64,000 nucleotides of DNA from a bacterium OM1 bin76 (GTDB lineage: Bacteria; Actinomycetota; Acidimicrobiia; Spongiisociales; ZC4RG35), in assembly GCA_002238785.1 (NCBI GenBank), contig MPNA01000007.1, forward strand, positions 15,583-79,582, given 5' to 3'. A model generated the notes under the pieces. It had not been told where the DNA came from, searched no databases, and worked only from the letters and a program-made list of their open reading frames with translations. Positions 37,865 to 47,698 of this stretch are shown here, in pieces (position 1 is the stretch's first letter; each line of letters starts with the position of its first letter). Made by a program: the position numbers and the translations under genes.

Positions 37865-38838
37865 TGCCGACTATTGCCCTGGACGCCGGTGGGGGCGACT
37901 TCGCCCCGCGGGAGACGGTGGCTGGTGCGGTGGCGGCGGCAGCCGATGGCATTGATGTGCTGCTGGTGGGGGATCGACCTGTCCTAGAGGGCGAATTGGA
38001 GCATCACGGGGTGGAGTTGCCGATCATCCACGCTCCATCGGTGGTGGGGATGGGGGACTTCCCGATCAGGGCGATCAGGGAAGTGCCCGACGCGTCGGTG
38101 GTGATCTGTGGGAAGCTGGTCTCCACCGGTGACGCGGTGGGTTTTGTCTCGGCAGGCTCTACCGGCGCTTCGCTGGCGGTGGCGGCGGTCGGGATGGGTC
38201 GGTTGCCGGGGGTCTCCAGGCCTGCTATCGCCAGCCTGATGCCCATTCCCTGGAACCCGACGGTCCTGTGCGATGCGGGAGCCAACCTGGCGGTGCGTCC
38301 CAGCCAACTGGTGGAGTTCGCGGTGATGGGATCGGTGGTGGCGGAGACCACTGCCGGTATCCCCAATCCGAGGGTGGGTCTGTTGAACAATGGTTCGGAG
38401 GACTCGAAGGGAAGGGAGATGGAGAGGGAGGGCTTGGCGCTTCTGCGGGAGGCGCCCGTCAATTTCGTGGGAAATGTCGAGGGAAGCGACTTCGCCACCG
38501 GGGTGGTGGATGTGATCGTCACCGATGGGTTCACCGGAAACGTCTTCTTGAAGACCGTGGAGGCCTCGGTGGTGATGGTGGCCAAGGCATTCTTTTCGAT
38601 GCTGGCCAAAAAGGACCCGGAAGCCGAGGAGAAGGTGCGCCCTCAATTCTCAGCTCAGGGCCGACAACTCATGGATGATCGCCACGCCGGCGCCCATCTG
38701 GTGGGTGCCCGGGGGATTGCGGTCATAGCCCATGGGCATGCCAAGAGCGCAGCCGTTGCAAAAGCGCTACAGATGGCCCATGAGGGTTCCGAGAGCCGGC
38801 TTTCTGAGCAGATCGAGGAGAGGTTTCACTGCCTGTAG
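37864..38838 (+). CDS. plsX: Phosphate acyltransferase PlsX
   Basis: IALDAGGGDFAP..., ...VIVTDGFTGNVFLKT... 324 aa. Confidence 0.9.
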   Translation: MPTIALDAGGGDFAPRETVAGAVAAAADGIDVLLVGDRPVLEGELEHHGVELPIIHAPSVVGMGDFPIRAIREVPDASVVICGKLVSTGDAVGFVSAGSTGASLAVAAVGMGRLPGVSRPAIASLMPIPWNPTVLCDAGANLAVRPSQLVEFAVMGSVVAETTAGIPNPRVGLLNNGSEDSKGREMEREGLALLREAPVNFVGNVEGSDFATGVVDVIVTDGFTGNVFLKTVEASVVMVAKAFFSMLAKKDPEAEEKVRPQFSAQGRQLMDDRHAGAHLVGARGIAVIAHGHAKSAAVAKALQMAHEGSESRLSEQIEERFHCL

Positions 38839-38885
38839 CCGGCCTGGAAAAACGCCTGGGCCATCGCTTCAGGTCCCGGGAACTG

Positions 38886-39620
38886 TTGCTGACCGCTCTG
38901 ACCCATACCTCCTATGCCAACGAGAGGGGGATTGAGGATTACGAGAGACTGGAGTTCCTGGGCGATACCGTCTTGCAGTTGGTGGTGACCCGGCACCTGT
39001 TCAGGGAATACTCTCACCTCAAAGAAGGCCAGATGACCCGAGTGAGGGCGGCGGTGGTGAGGAAGGAGACGTTGGTGGAGATGGCCACCGCATTCGGGGT
39101 GGGGGAGGCTCTTCGCCTCGGCAAGGGGGAGATCCAATCGGGAGGGAGACAAAAGCCCAGCATCCTGGCCGATTCCATGGAGGCGGTGATCGGAGCGGTG
39201 TATGAAGACGGGGGGTGGAAATCGGCGCAGAAGCTGATCATGAAGCATTGGGAGCACATAATCGCCGAACAGGCTGCCGTGCCCGATGCCCGGGATGCCA
39301 AGACGCGCCTGCAGGAGGTGCTCGCCCCCGAAGGTCAGGCCCCCGAATACCGCAGGACCGAGACGGGGCCGAGTCATGCCCGCCGATTCCATGTGGAAGT
39401 GTGGATCAGCGGGAAGCCCGAGGGGAGGGGAGAGGGGTCCTCGCGGCGGTTGTCCGAGCAACGGGCGGCGGCAGACACCCTCCACAATCTGTATCCCGAC
39501 CGGTCTCTCTCAGTCCCCCGGCCGTCGCCGACCGTACCCACCCCTGCTGTCTCACTGGGGTCCCCGATCATGCGCCGGATCCGGGATTGGGGAAACAGGA
39601 GGGCTGGAGAGGGGTCCTGA
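38886..39620 (+). CDS. rnc: Ribonuclease III
   Basis: RNase III signature ERLEFLGDTVL, catalytic ...DSMEAVIGAVYED..., C-terminal dsRBD. The true start is probably a few codons upstream (non-ATG), since ...LEKRLGHRF... precedes the listed start. Confidence 0.85.
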   Translation: MLTALTHTSYANERGIEDYERLEFLGDTVLQLVVTRHLFREYSHLKEGQMTRVRAAVVRKETLVEMATAFGVGEALRLGKGEIQSGGRQKPSILADSMEAVIGAVYEDGGWKSAQKLIMKHWEHIIAEQAAVPDARDAKTRLQEVLAPEGQAPEYRRTETGPSHARRFHVEVWISGKPEGRGEGSSRRLSEQRAAADTLHNLYPDRSLSVPRPSPTVPTPAVSLGSPIMRRIRDWGNRRAGEGS

Positions 39621-39630
39621 CAGAGGCGCC

Positions 39631-40473
39631 ATGCCTGAATTGCCAGAGGTGGAGACAGTGCGGCGGGCTATCCATCCCGAGTTGGTGGGCCGCAGGGTGG
39701 AAAGGGCGCGGATCTGTCACGCCCGCACCGCTCGCCGCCATGCCCGCTCCACCGATGTGGAGGATCGCCTGGTGGGGAGGCGGGTCACAGGCACGGATCG
39801 GATCGGGAAATTCCTGATTCTGCAGTTGGACTCCGACCTGGCCTGGGTGATCCACCTGGGAATGTCCGGTCGCATCCGTCTTGTCCCACCGGAGGACCCC
39901 CAGGAGGTGCACACCAGGTTCTGGGCAGAGACCGATTCGGGGCCCTCGCTTCGTTTCATCGACGCCCGGACCTTCGGGTTCGTGGCGGTGTTCACCTCCG
40001 AAGAGATGTCCTCCTCCAGCCTGGCGAAACTGGGCCCTGACGCCTGGAATGAGTTGCCCTCCGCCCACGATTTGGGGATGCGGATGGAGGGCCGGTCCAT
40101 CGCGGTGAAGAGCCTGCTGCTGGATCAGCGTTTTCTGGCAGGTCTGGGGAACATCTATGCCGACGAGGTGTTGCACCGGGCAGGGATCCATCCGGCCCGG
40201 CCGGCCGGGAGCCTTTCCGGGTCGGAGGTTGGCATGCTCCACTCCCGGGTGAGACCGGTGCTGCGGGACGGGATCAGGCGCGGTGGGACCAGTTTGGACG
40301 ATCTGGCCTATCTGTTGCCGGATGGGCGGGCGGGCGGCTTCCTCGAATACCTGCAGGCCTACGGTCGGGAAGGGCGCCCCTGTCGGACCTGCCACACTGC
40401 GATCCGGCGGATCGTGATCAGGGCACGGTCATGTTTCTTCTGTCCCCGCTGCCAGAGACCCCCTTTCACGTAA
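39631..40473 (+). CDS. mutM: Formamidopyrimidine-DNA glycosylase
   Basis: MPELPEVETVRR (N-terminal Pro nucleophile), H2TH, C-terminal zinc finger CRTCHTAIRRIVIRARSCFFCPRCQ. Confidence 0.9.
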   Translation: MPELPEVETVRRAIHPELVGRRVERARICHARTARRHARSTDVEDRLVGRRVTGTDRIGKFLILQLDSDLAWVIHLGMSGRIRLVPPEDPQEVHTRFWAETDSGPSLRFIDARTFGFVAVFTSEEMSSSSLAKLGPDAWNELPSAHDLGMRMEGRSIAVKSLLLDQRFLAGLGNIYADEVLHRAGIHPARPAGSLSGSEVGMLHSRVRPVLRDGIRRGGTSLDDLAYLLPDGRAGGFLEYLQAYGREGRPCRTCHTAIRRIVIRARSCFFCPRCQRPPFT

Positions 40474-40519
40474 TAAACCACCAATTGGCGAGCACACCGG
40501 TTAAGTTGGGTAGTTCCCC

Positions 40520-43500
40520 ATGTACTTAAAGTCCATCACCTTGGCGGGGTTCAAGTCCTTCGGGGGTCGGACCACCTTGGAACTGGATCCGGGGATCACG
40601 GTGATAGTGGGCCCCAACGGATCCGGTAAATCCAACATCGTGGATGCTGTGGCCTGGGCCACCGGGGGCCAGTCGACCCGGGGACTTCGAGCAGACCGGA
40701 CCGAGGAACTGCTCTTCTGCGGGACCGCCGGTCTCCCTCCCGCCTCCCGGGCCGAGGTGACCCTGGTCTTCGACAACACTTCGGGGTTGCTGCCCATCGA
40801 TCGCCCGGAGATCTCGATCACCCGTCGTTTCCATCGGTCCGGAGAGTCGGAGTTCGAGATCAACCGGAATTCCTGCCGTTTGATGGACATAACGGAGTTG
40901 CTGGCCGCCGCGGGACTGCGCAAGAGCCGTCATGCCCTGCTGGGGCAGGGTCAGGTGGACCGGATACTCAATGCGTCTGCGACCGAGCACCGCAAGGTGT
41001 TGGAGGAGGCTTCGGGGGTGGGCAAGCATCTGTGGCGGCGGGAAAAGGCGGTCCGGCGCCTGGAGTCGACCCGGGTGGATCTGGATCGGATCGAGGACGT
41101 GATTGCCGAGAAGAAGCGCCGCCTGCGTCCGCTGCGGCGCCAGGCCGAAGCCTTGGAACGTTACAACCGCCTCGTCCAACAGATCAGATCCCTGCGTCTG
41201 CACCTGGAGGGAGCGAGGCTGCGGGAAATCGATGGAAGGCTTGAGGCAGCCTTCAGGAGTCGGGCGCTTCTGGAGAAGGCGCGGTCGGATGCGGCCGCCC
41301 GACGGGAGGCCTGTCTTGCCACCCTGGCCGGAGTCGAATCCGCCCAGGAGCGATTACGAGCCGACTCGGCGGCTGGCCTGATACAGGACTGGGAGATGGT
41401 GTCCGAGAGGATGCGGCGAATCTCGGAGGTGGCCGCGTTGCGATCCCGGGAGCGGCGCCTTCGGATGCAGGCGCATCGGCGAAGACTGGCCTTGGACGAG
41501 GAACGTCTCGCCTTGGAGAAGGACCTGGCAGAGATGGATGTCTTGATCGAGACCGCCACGGCTGAGGTGCAGGAGTCCCGGATGACTGCAGTCCGATTGG
41601 CCGGAGAACTGAACAGGCTCTCGGAGCTTCGGGGCGCCGACGCCGAGGCGGAAATCGGGGGGTTGCTTGGTGAGCGGGCCGCCCTGGAGGCGGCATTTGA
41701 TCGGGACCGCCGGGAATTGCAGGGTGTGGAGTCCCGGCTCGCTGAGTTGTCAACTTCGGCGAAGCTGGCGGATGCGGAGACCGGGGAGAAACAACCGCGC
41801 CTTGCTCAACAGGAGGAGGCCTTGGGGGAGGAGGAGAAGCAGATGGAAGAGGCGAAGCGGGCGCTGGCGGAGAAGAGGCTTGATCTGCGGGCGGCCGAGA
41901 CCCGGGCGGCTGAGGGCCGCAACGCGCTTGGGGAGGCGTCCGGCAGGTTGGAGGCGGCCCGTCTCTCCCTGATGCTCGAGGATCCGCGCCGCAGGAAAGT
42001 GGTGGAGTCTCTCACCGGTTGGGCGGGTTGGGTCGGCCAGATGCTGCAGGTTCCCGAGGACCTGGCTGCCGCGGTGGAGGCCGGGTTGGAGAAGTGGGCC
42101 GACGCGGCGGCCTTCGAGGGTCCGGTGGCGTTGGGGAACGCGGTAGACAGGATGGGGGAGGTGTCGGCCACGGGGGGCCCGGTGCTAATGGTCAGCGCCC
42201 GATTTCCCGGCGGCGCCGACAGCCTGGCCCGCACCGTGGCCGCCTCCGGCGCCAAGGTGACGCCTTTGATCGACCAACTGGACCCGAGCGACCGATCCGC
42301 CCTTGCGGTGCGCATGTTGGGTGATGTGGTCCTGGTGGAGGATTGGCAGAGCGGATGGGAAGTGGTGGGAAGCCATCCGCATCTTCGCGCCGTCACCCTG
42401 AGGGGTGACCTGATCACGGTTCGCGGGGTTTCGCTGGGGGGCGGAAGGCGCTTGCCGGACCTGTCGGCGGCCACCACCAGGGCCGAGCAGGCAGCCTTGG
42501 CCAGCCGCGTTCTCGAGGAGAGAGTGGCAGCACTGCGGTCGGAGGTCGATGGGTTGGAGAAGGAAACCGAAGGGATGTATTCGGATCTTGACCGCCGCCG
42601 CCAACTGGTGGCGGACACTCAACGGAGTCTCGACCGGTCGCTTGCCCGTCGCCGGGACATCGCCCGAGAGGGCGGCCATTTGAGGGCCCGACGGGAGTCT
42701 CTGTCGAGGGCCAACCTGTCGATGGAGGCCCGGTTGGTCGAATTGAGGGATCGGATCGAGCGGTTGCAGGAGGGCGCCACCGAGAAGAAGGGAGAGGCGG
42801 AGGAGTTGGCCCACCGGATTGAAGAGGCGTCCCGGGCCAAGATGGCGGCCGAGGAGCAAAACCGATCCAAGACCATGGGGCTGACGCGACTGGGAGAACG
42901 TCGTCGGCTGCAGCAGATCCGCCTGGAGCAGGTCATGATGGAGATGTCGCAGGTGGCACTCCTGCCCGAGGACCTGCCGGCGGACCGGTCCGAGGAGGTA
43001 GCTGACATGGCCGCTCGTGCTCTGCGTTTGCTGACGGATCGCAGGGGGGTTCTGGAAGAGTTGGACCGGGCGGCCAAACGGCGGGGGAGGGAACTTGCTG
43101 CTGAAGCGGCGGAGGCCAGGAGTGCGATGGGCCGCGCCGACCACAACGAACGCCTGGCGACCGGCGAGATAGAGCACCTGATAGCAGAGATATCCCGGTT
43201 GGAGGCCCGCCGCCAGTCCATCACCGAGGGCCTTTATGAGATGGATGCCGACCCGGAACAGGCGCTGGAAGCCGCGGCGCCGGATTGCGAGGACCCCGCG
43301 GCGACCTTGGCGGCTTTGGTGGGAGAACTGGAAAGGGCCCGGCCCATCAACCACTATGCCGCTTCGGACCTGGCGATTCTAGACGAGGAGTTGTCACAAC
43401 TGTGCGACCAGCGCGACGACATCGTGGGATCCGCCCGGCGGTTGGGCAAGGTGATCTCGGAATTGGAGAAAGAGGCCACGGAGCGTTACATGGCGGTTTT

Positions 43501-43978
43501 CAGGGAGGCGGCCCGCGCTTTCGAGCAGACATTCGCGCGGGTCTTTCCCGGCGGCCGCGGGCGTCTTCGCATCGTCGATCCGGCTGATCCACTGGGATCG
43601 GGGGTGGAGATACATGCCAGACCCCAGGGCAAGAGGGTGTCTCGGTTGAGCCTGCTGTCGGGAGGGGAGCGGGCGTTGGGCGCCATGGCCTTCCTGTTTG
43701 CTCTGATGAAGACCCGTCCGTCTCCCTTCTATCTCCTGGACGAAATGGATGCCACCTTGGACTCGGCAAACCTGAGCCGCGTTCTGGAGATTGTGCGGGA
43801 GTTGCGGTCCAAGGCGCAGATCCTGATCATCACCCACCAACCCCAGACCGCCGAGTTCGCCGAGGTGCTCTACGGCGTGACCATGCCGCCCGGAGGGACC
43901 ACCCAAGTGGTCTCCCGGCGAATGGACCGAGCCGAGGTGGCAATGACCGAGTTGAACCCCCAAGCCCGGTCCGCCTAG
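40520..43978 (+). CDS. smc: Chromosome partition protein SMC
   Basis: 1152 aa. N-terminal Walker A GPNGSGKSNIVDA, long coiled coils, hinge, C-terminal LSGGERALGAMAFLFAL...FYLLDEMDATLD. Confidence 0.9.
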   Translation: MYLKSITLAGFKSFGGRTTLELDPGITVIVGPNGSGKSNIVDAVAWATGGQSTRGLRADRTEELLFCGTAGLPPASRAEVTLVFDNTSGLLPIDRPEISITRRFHRSGESEFEINRNSCRLMDITELLAAAGLRKSRHALLGQGQVDRILNASATEHRKVLEEASGVGKHLWRREKAVRRLESTRVDLDRIEDVIAEKKRRLRPLRRQAEALERYNRLVQQIRSLRLHLEGARLREIDGRLEAAFRSRALLEKARSDAAARREACLATLAGVESAQERLRADSAAGLIQDWEMVSERMRRISEVAALRSRERRLRMQAHRRRLALDEERLALEKDLAEMDVLIETATAEVQESRMTAVRLAGELNRLSELRGADAEAEIGGLLGERAALEAAFDRDRRELQGVESRLAELSTSAKLADAETGEKQPRLAQQEEALGEEEKQMEEAKRALAEKRLDLRAAETRAAEGRNALGEASGRLEAARLSLMLEDPRRRKVVESLTGWAGWVGQMLQVPEDLAAAVEAGLEKWADAAAFEGPVALGNAVDRMGEVSATGGPVLMVSARFPGGADSLARTVAASGAKVTPLIDQLDPSDRSALAVRMLGDVVLVEDWQSGWEVVGSHPHLRAVTLRGDLITVRGVSLGGGRRLPDLSAATTRAEQAALASRVLEERVAALRSEVDGLEKETEGMYSDLDRRRQLVADTQRSLDRSLARRRDIAREGGHLRARRESLSRANLSMEARLVELRDRIERLQEGATEKKGEAEELAHRIEEASRAKMAAEEQNRSKTMGLTRLGERRRLQQIRLEQVMMEMSQVALLPEDLPADRSEEVADMAARALRLLTDRRGVLEELDRAAKRRGRELAAEAAEARSAMGRADHNERLATGEIEHLIAEISRLEARRQSITEGLYEMDADPEQALEAAAPDCEDPAATLAALVGELERARPINHYAASDLAILDEELSQLCDQRDDIVGSARRLGKVISELEKEATERYMAVFREAARAFEQTFARVFPGGRGRLRIVDPADPLGSGVEIHARPQGKRVSRLSLLSGGERALGAMAFLFALMKTRPSPFYLLDEMDATLDSANLSRVLEIVRELRSKAQILIITHQPQTAEFAEVLYGVTMPPGGTTQVVSRRMDRAEVAMTELNPQARSA

Positions 43979-44074
43979 CGCCCCGCCTTCCGCTGGAGTG
44001 GGGTACATTGAAGGGATGAGTGATGTGGATCTCTCTTTGTCTCCCCCAAACTTGGGGATGACCCGGGATAAGGG

Positions 44075-44695
44075 ATGGTAAATGTGACCGAGGATGAATT
44101 TGCCGGGAGACAAGATACTGGATTGTTCTCGATCGGTCACTCGAACCACCGTTTCGAGGAATTAGTGCGGTTGCTTGGTGAGCACCGAGTGCAGGCAGTG
44201 GCAGATGTGCGCACTTCGCCTTACTCCAGGTATAACCCGCAATTCAACAGCCGCGATCTTCGCTACGGCTTGGAGGGAACGGGTATTCGGTATGTCTTTT
44301 TGGGGAAGGAACTGGGAGGGCGTCCTGAGGGGGCCAGGTTTTACGACACCGATGGGCACGTTCACTACGGACGGGTGGCGGAGACCCAGTGGTTCCAGAC
44401 CGGGCTGGATCGGCTCTGTGACGGGGCAAGGCGGTTCAGGACAGCCATTCTTTGCAGCGAAGAGGATCCTGCGGAGTGCCATCGCTTTCTCCTTATCACC
44501 CGTGCTCTTGACGACCGAGGCGTGGAGGTCACACACATTCGGGGTGACGGTGCTGTCCAGGGAACGAAGGAGATTTCCGCTTTTGATGCTGAACACAAGG
44601 TAGTTTCTCTCTTTGGAGAGGATGTGAGGAGTTCATGGAGATCTACACGATCGGTTTTACCAAAAGGTCGGCTGAAGACTTCTTCGAATCGCTGA
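44075..44695 (+). CDS. DUF488 (YeaO-like) family protein, copy 1, with a C-terminal extension
   Basis: LFSIGHSNHRFEELVRLLGEHRVQAVADVRTSPYSRYNPQFN...IRYVFLGKELGGR...LCSEEDPAECHRFLL, the DUF488 core. 3' end overlaps copy 2. Confidence 0.65.
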   Translation: MVNVTEDEFAGRQDTGLFSIGHSNHRFEELVRLLGEHRVQAVADVRTSPYSRYNPQFNSRDLRYGLEGTGIRYVFLGKELGGRPEGARFYDTDGHVHYGRVAETQWFQTGLDRLCDGARRFRTAILCSEEDPAECHRFLLITRALDDRGVEVTHIRGDGAVQGTKEISAFDAEHKVVSLFGEDVRSSWRSTRSVLPKGRLKTSSNR

Positions 44696-45072
44696 GCAAC
44701 TGGGGGATCGAACGACTCGTGGATGTACGGGTCAGCAACAACTCCCAGTTGGCAGGTTTCGCCAAGAAACTTGATCTTGCCTATTTGCTGAGGGAACTGG
44801 TTGGAGCAGACTATCACCACGAACCCTTGCTCGCGCCCACAAAGGCACTTCTGAAGGATTACCGCACCAAACAACTCGACTGGGGTCAATACGAGGCGGC
44901 ATTCGTGAATCTCCTGTCAGAGCGCAAGATCGAGGACGAGATCCCAGGAGATCTCTTCTTGCCGCGCACCGTGCTGTTATGTAGCGAACCCACTCCCGCC
45001 TTCTGCCACCGGCGATTGGTGGTGGAATACTTGAATGGGTCTTGGGGAGATGTGCAGGCTGTTGATCTGTAG
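44635..45072 (+). CDS. DUF488 (YeaO-like) family protein, copy 2
   Basis: MEIYTIGFTKRSAEDFFESLSNWGIERLVDVRVSNNSQLAGFAKK...LLCSEPTPAFCHRRLVVEYL, paralogous to copy 1. Confidence 0.65.
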   Translation: MEIYTIGFTKRSAEDFFESLSNWGIERLVDVRVSNNSQLAGFAKKLDLAYLLRELVGADYHHEPLLAPTKALLKDYRTKQLDWGQYEAAFVNLLSERKIEDEIPGDLFLPRTVLLCSEPTPAFCHRRLVVEYLNGSWGDVQAVDL

Positions 45073-45169
45073 GGACCAACAATGCGCATCCTGATCAACC
45101 ATCTGACGCGGATGAGATACCCCTATATGTGTAGCTGGGATTCGGCAAGACGGTTCGCATGTACGTCCT

Positions 45170-45652
45170 GTGCTTGAAGGTACCCAACTGGGTCGTGATC
45201 TATTGCGTAGCAACGGAGGACCATTCTCGTTGGGATCGGTTGTCGACCTGGGCGCGATAGATCCCCGACCGGTTGTTCCCGAGTTAGAGGACGTCGTCTT
45301 TACTCCAGGGAAGGTTCGGTGGGAGAAGGCGCTGGAGCCAGTCGTCTTCAGGGAACTATTGGAGATGACTGCAAAAGACTCCCTTCAAGAGATCTTTGGA
45401 GACGAACTGGTCCGGTTGAGCGAAACGGCCGCGGCGGTTCCCAAGGGAAAGGGGGTCGCCTCTCTGGGGGTCTTGAAGATTGATGGTGGGAAGGATCTTG
45501 ATATCCGGTCTGACGGATCCTCCGTGAGATGCACATTCGAAGATCCCGACTTAGGAATCCTCTCATTGAAAGTGACAGATCTGAGGATGTGGAGACCCGA
45601 TCATGTGACCCCAGCAGAGAGGGGGATCAGTGCTGTTCGCCCACTCCCCTGA
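45170..45652 (+). CDS. Hypothetical protein (160 aa) in the low-GC insert
   Basis: An ORF in the AT-richer stretch. No motif recognised. Coding status uncertain. Confidence 0.3.
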   Translation: MLEGTQLGRDLLRSNGGPFSLGSVVDLGAIDPRPVVPELEDVVFTPGKVRWEKALEPVVFRELLEMTAKDSLQEIFGDELVRLSETAAAVPKGKGVASLGVLKIDGGKDLDIRSDGSSVRCTFEDPDLGILSLKVTDLRMWRPDHVTPAERGISAVRPLP

Positions 45653-46099
45653 CTGCATGGTGGCGGTCGGGCTAACCCGTTATTGGCCGGTCCCTCGCTA
45701 CCCCGGTTTCGGACACTGGTTGCAGATCAATAACGTCTTCCCGATGGAGGATCCGTTGTGGGTCACAGAGTGACCGACGGAAAGGTAGGGATTGACAGTG
45801 TCGCGCGGGCAATGGATGGGTGCCTTGACGTCTAACCGGGTGGAGTGGCTTCTCTCGAAAGAGGTTGGGAAAAATCACGCGCTGAGCCTTGACCGTGTCA
45901 CATCGGCGATTCATGCTGTCTGGAGTCGAAAAACACCTGCGCGACCCGTGGGACGCTTAACGGGGTCGCCGCCCTGGGATCAGATACTCGTTCCCGCCCC
46001 CGGCAGGTGGCGGAAGCCTGTCCCAACGTTGACAAGGTGGTTGGCGGTGGATGGCCTTTGCTGAAGAGTTTGGGTCGGTTTTTCGCGGCTTAGAGACTT

Positions 46100-47191
46100 A
46101 TGTCGCAATTCTGGAGGGGTCCTTGCCTTTCCACGCGGGGTGGGTTGGTTGAGACAGGGAAAGGTCATGCGGCGGTTGGTCACGGGCGGGATGGTCCGGC
46201 GCCGGCATCATTAAACTGCTCAAGAGTGGGTTGGCTGACAGGCTGGTGGAGAAAGCGCGGTTCTTCTGTACGAAGGAGACCGCCTACCCGGGTGGATCCG
46301 ACTGTTTCCGCTTTGGCCAAGACTCGACGTGCATTGGGCGAGATGCTGCGGTCCATCGCGGGGGGTGACCGTCTCGACAGCGACTTCTGGGAGGGTCTGG
46401 AGGAAGCTTTGGTGTCGGCTGACATCGGTGTGGAGGTCTCCACCGAACTGGTGGCGGCGGTGCGCCGGGGTAAGCCCTCCGATCGCGCCGGGGCCCGATC
46501 CCTGCTGGCAGAGGAAATGCTGGCCTCCTTCACCGACCGGGACCGAACTCTGGCTTGTTCCGGCAACGGTGCCCCGGGGGTTGTAATGGTGGTGGGGGTG
46601 AACGGCGCCGGAAAGACCACCACCGCGGCAAAGATCGCTCATCTGCTGGCCTCACAGGAAAAGGAGTGTCTCCTGGGAGCGGCGGACACCTACCGTCCCG
46701 CAGCCCAACAGCAACTGGCTGTCTGGGCGCAGTCGTTGGGGGTGGATGTGGTGGGCGGTAGGGAAGGCGCCGATCCGGCGGCGGTGGCCCGCGACGCCTG
46801 GTCGGCGGCGAAGAGCCGAGGCAGGGAGGTGGTGATCATTGACACCGCCGGGCGCCTTCACTCCAAGACCCATCTGATGAGCCAGTTGCAGAAGATCAAG
46901 CGAGTTCTGGTCAATGCGGCCGGAAAGGTGGACGAGGTGCTGCTGGTCCTGGATGCGTCCACCGGTCAGAACGGCTTGGCGCAAGCCCGGGAGTTCTGTG
47001 ACCGGGTGGGGGTGACAGGGGTGGTTCTGACCAAGTTGGACGGCACCGCCCGGGGCGGGGTTGCGGTAGCGGTGGAACGCCGCCTGGGGGCTCCGGTCAA
47101 GATGGTGGGCACCGGTGAGGGCCTTACGGACCTGGCCCCGTTCTCCGCCCAGACCTTCGTTCGCGCCCTGTTGGAGGAAGATCCCTCATGA
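46100..47191 (+). CDS. ftsY: Signal recognition particle receptor FtsY
   Basis: NG domain: VVMVVGVNGAGKTTTAAKIAH..., IIDTAGRLH..., LTKLDGTARGG... The N-terminal start is uncertain. Confidence 0.85.
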   Translation: MSQFWRGPCLSTRGGLVETGKGHAAVGHGRDGPAPASLNCSRVGWLTGWWRKRGSSVRRRPPTRVDPTVSALAKTRRALGEMLRSIAGGDRLDSDFWEGLEEALVSADIGVEVSTELVAAVRRGKPSDRAGARSLLAEEMLASFTDRDRTLACSGNGAPGVVMVVGVNGAGKTTTAAKIAHLLASQEKECLLGAADTYRPAAQQQLAVWAQSLGVDVVGGREGADPAAVARDAWSAAKSRGREVVIIDTAGRLHSKTHLMSQLQKIKRVLVNAAGKVDEVLLVLDASTGQNGLAQAREFCDRVGVTGVVLTKLDGTARGGVAVAVERRLGAPVKMVGTGEGLTDLAPFSAQTFVRALLEEDPS

Positions 47192-47592
47192 CGGGACACG
47201 AAGACCTGGTCCGAAGGGCCCGTCAAGCCGGCCTCAACTCTTACTCGCCATATTCGGGATTCAGGGTGGGAGCCGCCCTGCTGGCGGAGGATGGCACGGT
47301 CTACACCGGTACCAATGTGGAGAACGCCGCCTACCCCGTATCCAACTGCGCGGAGGTGACTGCTGTGAACACCGCGGTGGCGGAAGGAGTCCGAAGAATC
47401 GACACGGTGGCCGTGGTCTGTCTCGATGCGGATTCGATCGATGACGCCTATCCCTGCGGAGGCTGCCGGCAGGTGATGAACGAGTTCGCGGTGCAGACCG
47501 TGTTGGTGGCCGCCGGCGGCGGGCCGCACCGTGTTCATTCCCTCTCCGAGTTGCTGCCCCATGGCTTCTCGGGTGAGACCCTCTTGTCGTGA
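47188..47592 (+). CDS. cdd: Cytidine deaminase
   Basis: NCAEVTAV (H/CAE zinc motif) and ...PCGGCRQVM. 134 aa. Confidence 0.85.
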   Translation: MTGHEDLVRRARQAGLNSYSPYSGFRVGAALLAEDGTVYTGTNVENAAYPVSNCAEVTAVNTAVAEGVRRIDTVAVVCLDADSIDDAYPCGGCRQVMNEFAVQTVLVAAGGGPHRVHSLSELLPHGFSGETLLS

Positions 47593-47698
47593 TGGGACGC
47601 CTCAAGTGTGGAGTCGGACCCTTTGGGGGGAAGGTAGAATTCGTGGGGTCATCGTCCCTCCCTTCAGCAGGGGCGGGAACCCGGCGGAAGGAATCCCC

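Noticed and set aside
39286-40473. 395-aa ORF suggesting an rnc-mutM fusion or a longer mutM
   Set aside because: Fpg must begin with Met-Pro (MPELPEVE, ATG 39631) because Pro2 is the catalytic nucleophile. The upstream in-frame extension overlaps rnc in another frame and is an ORF-caller artefact.
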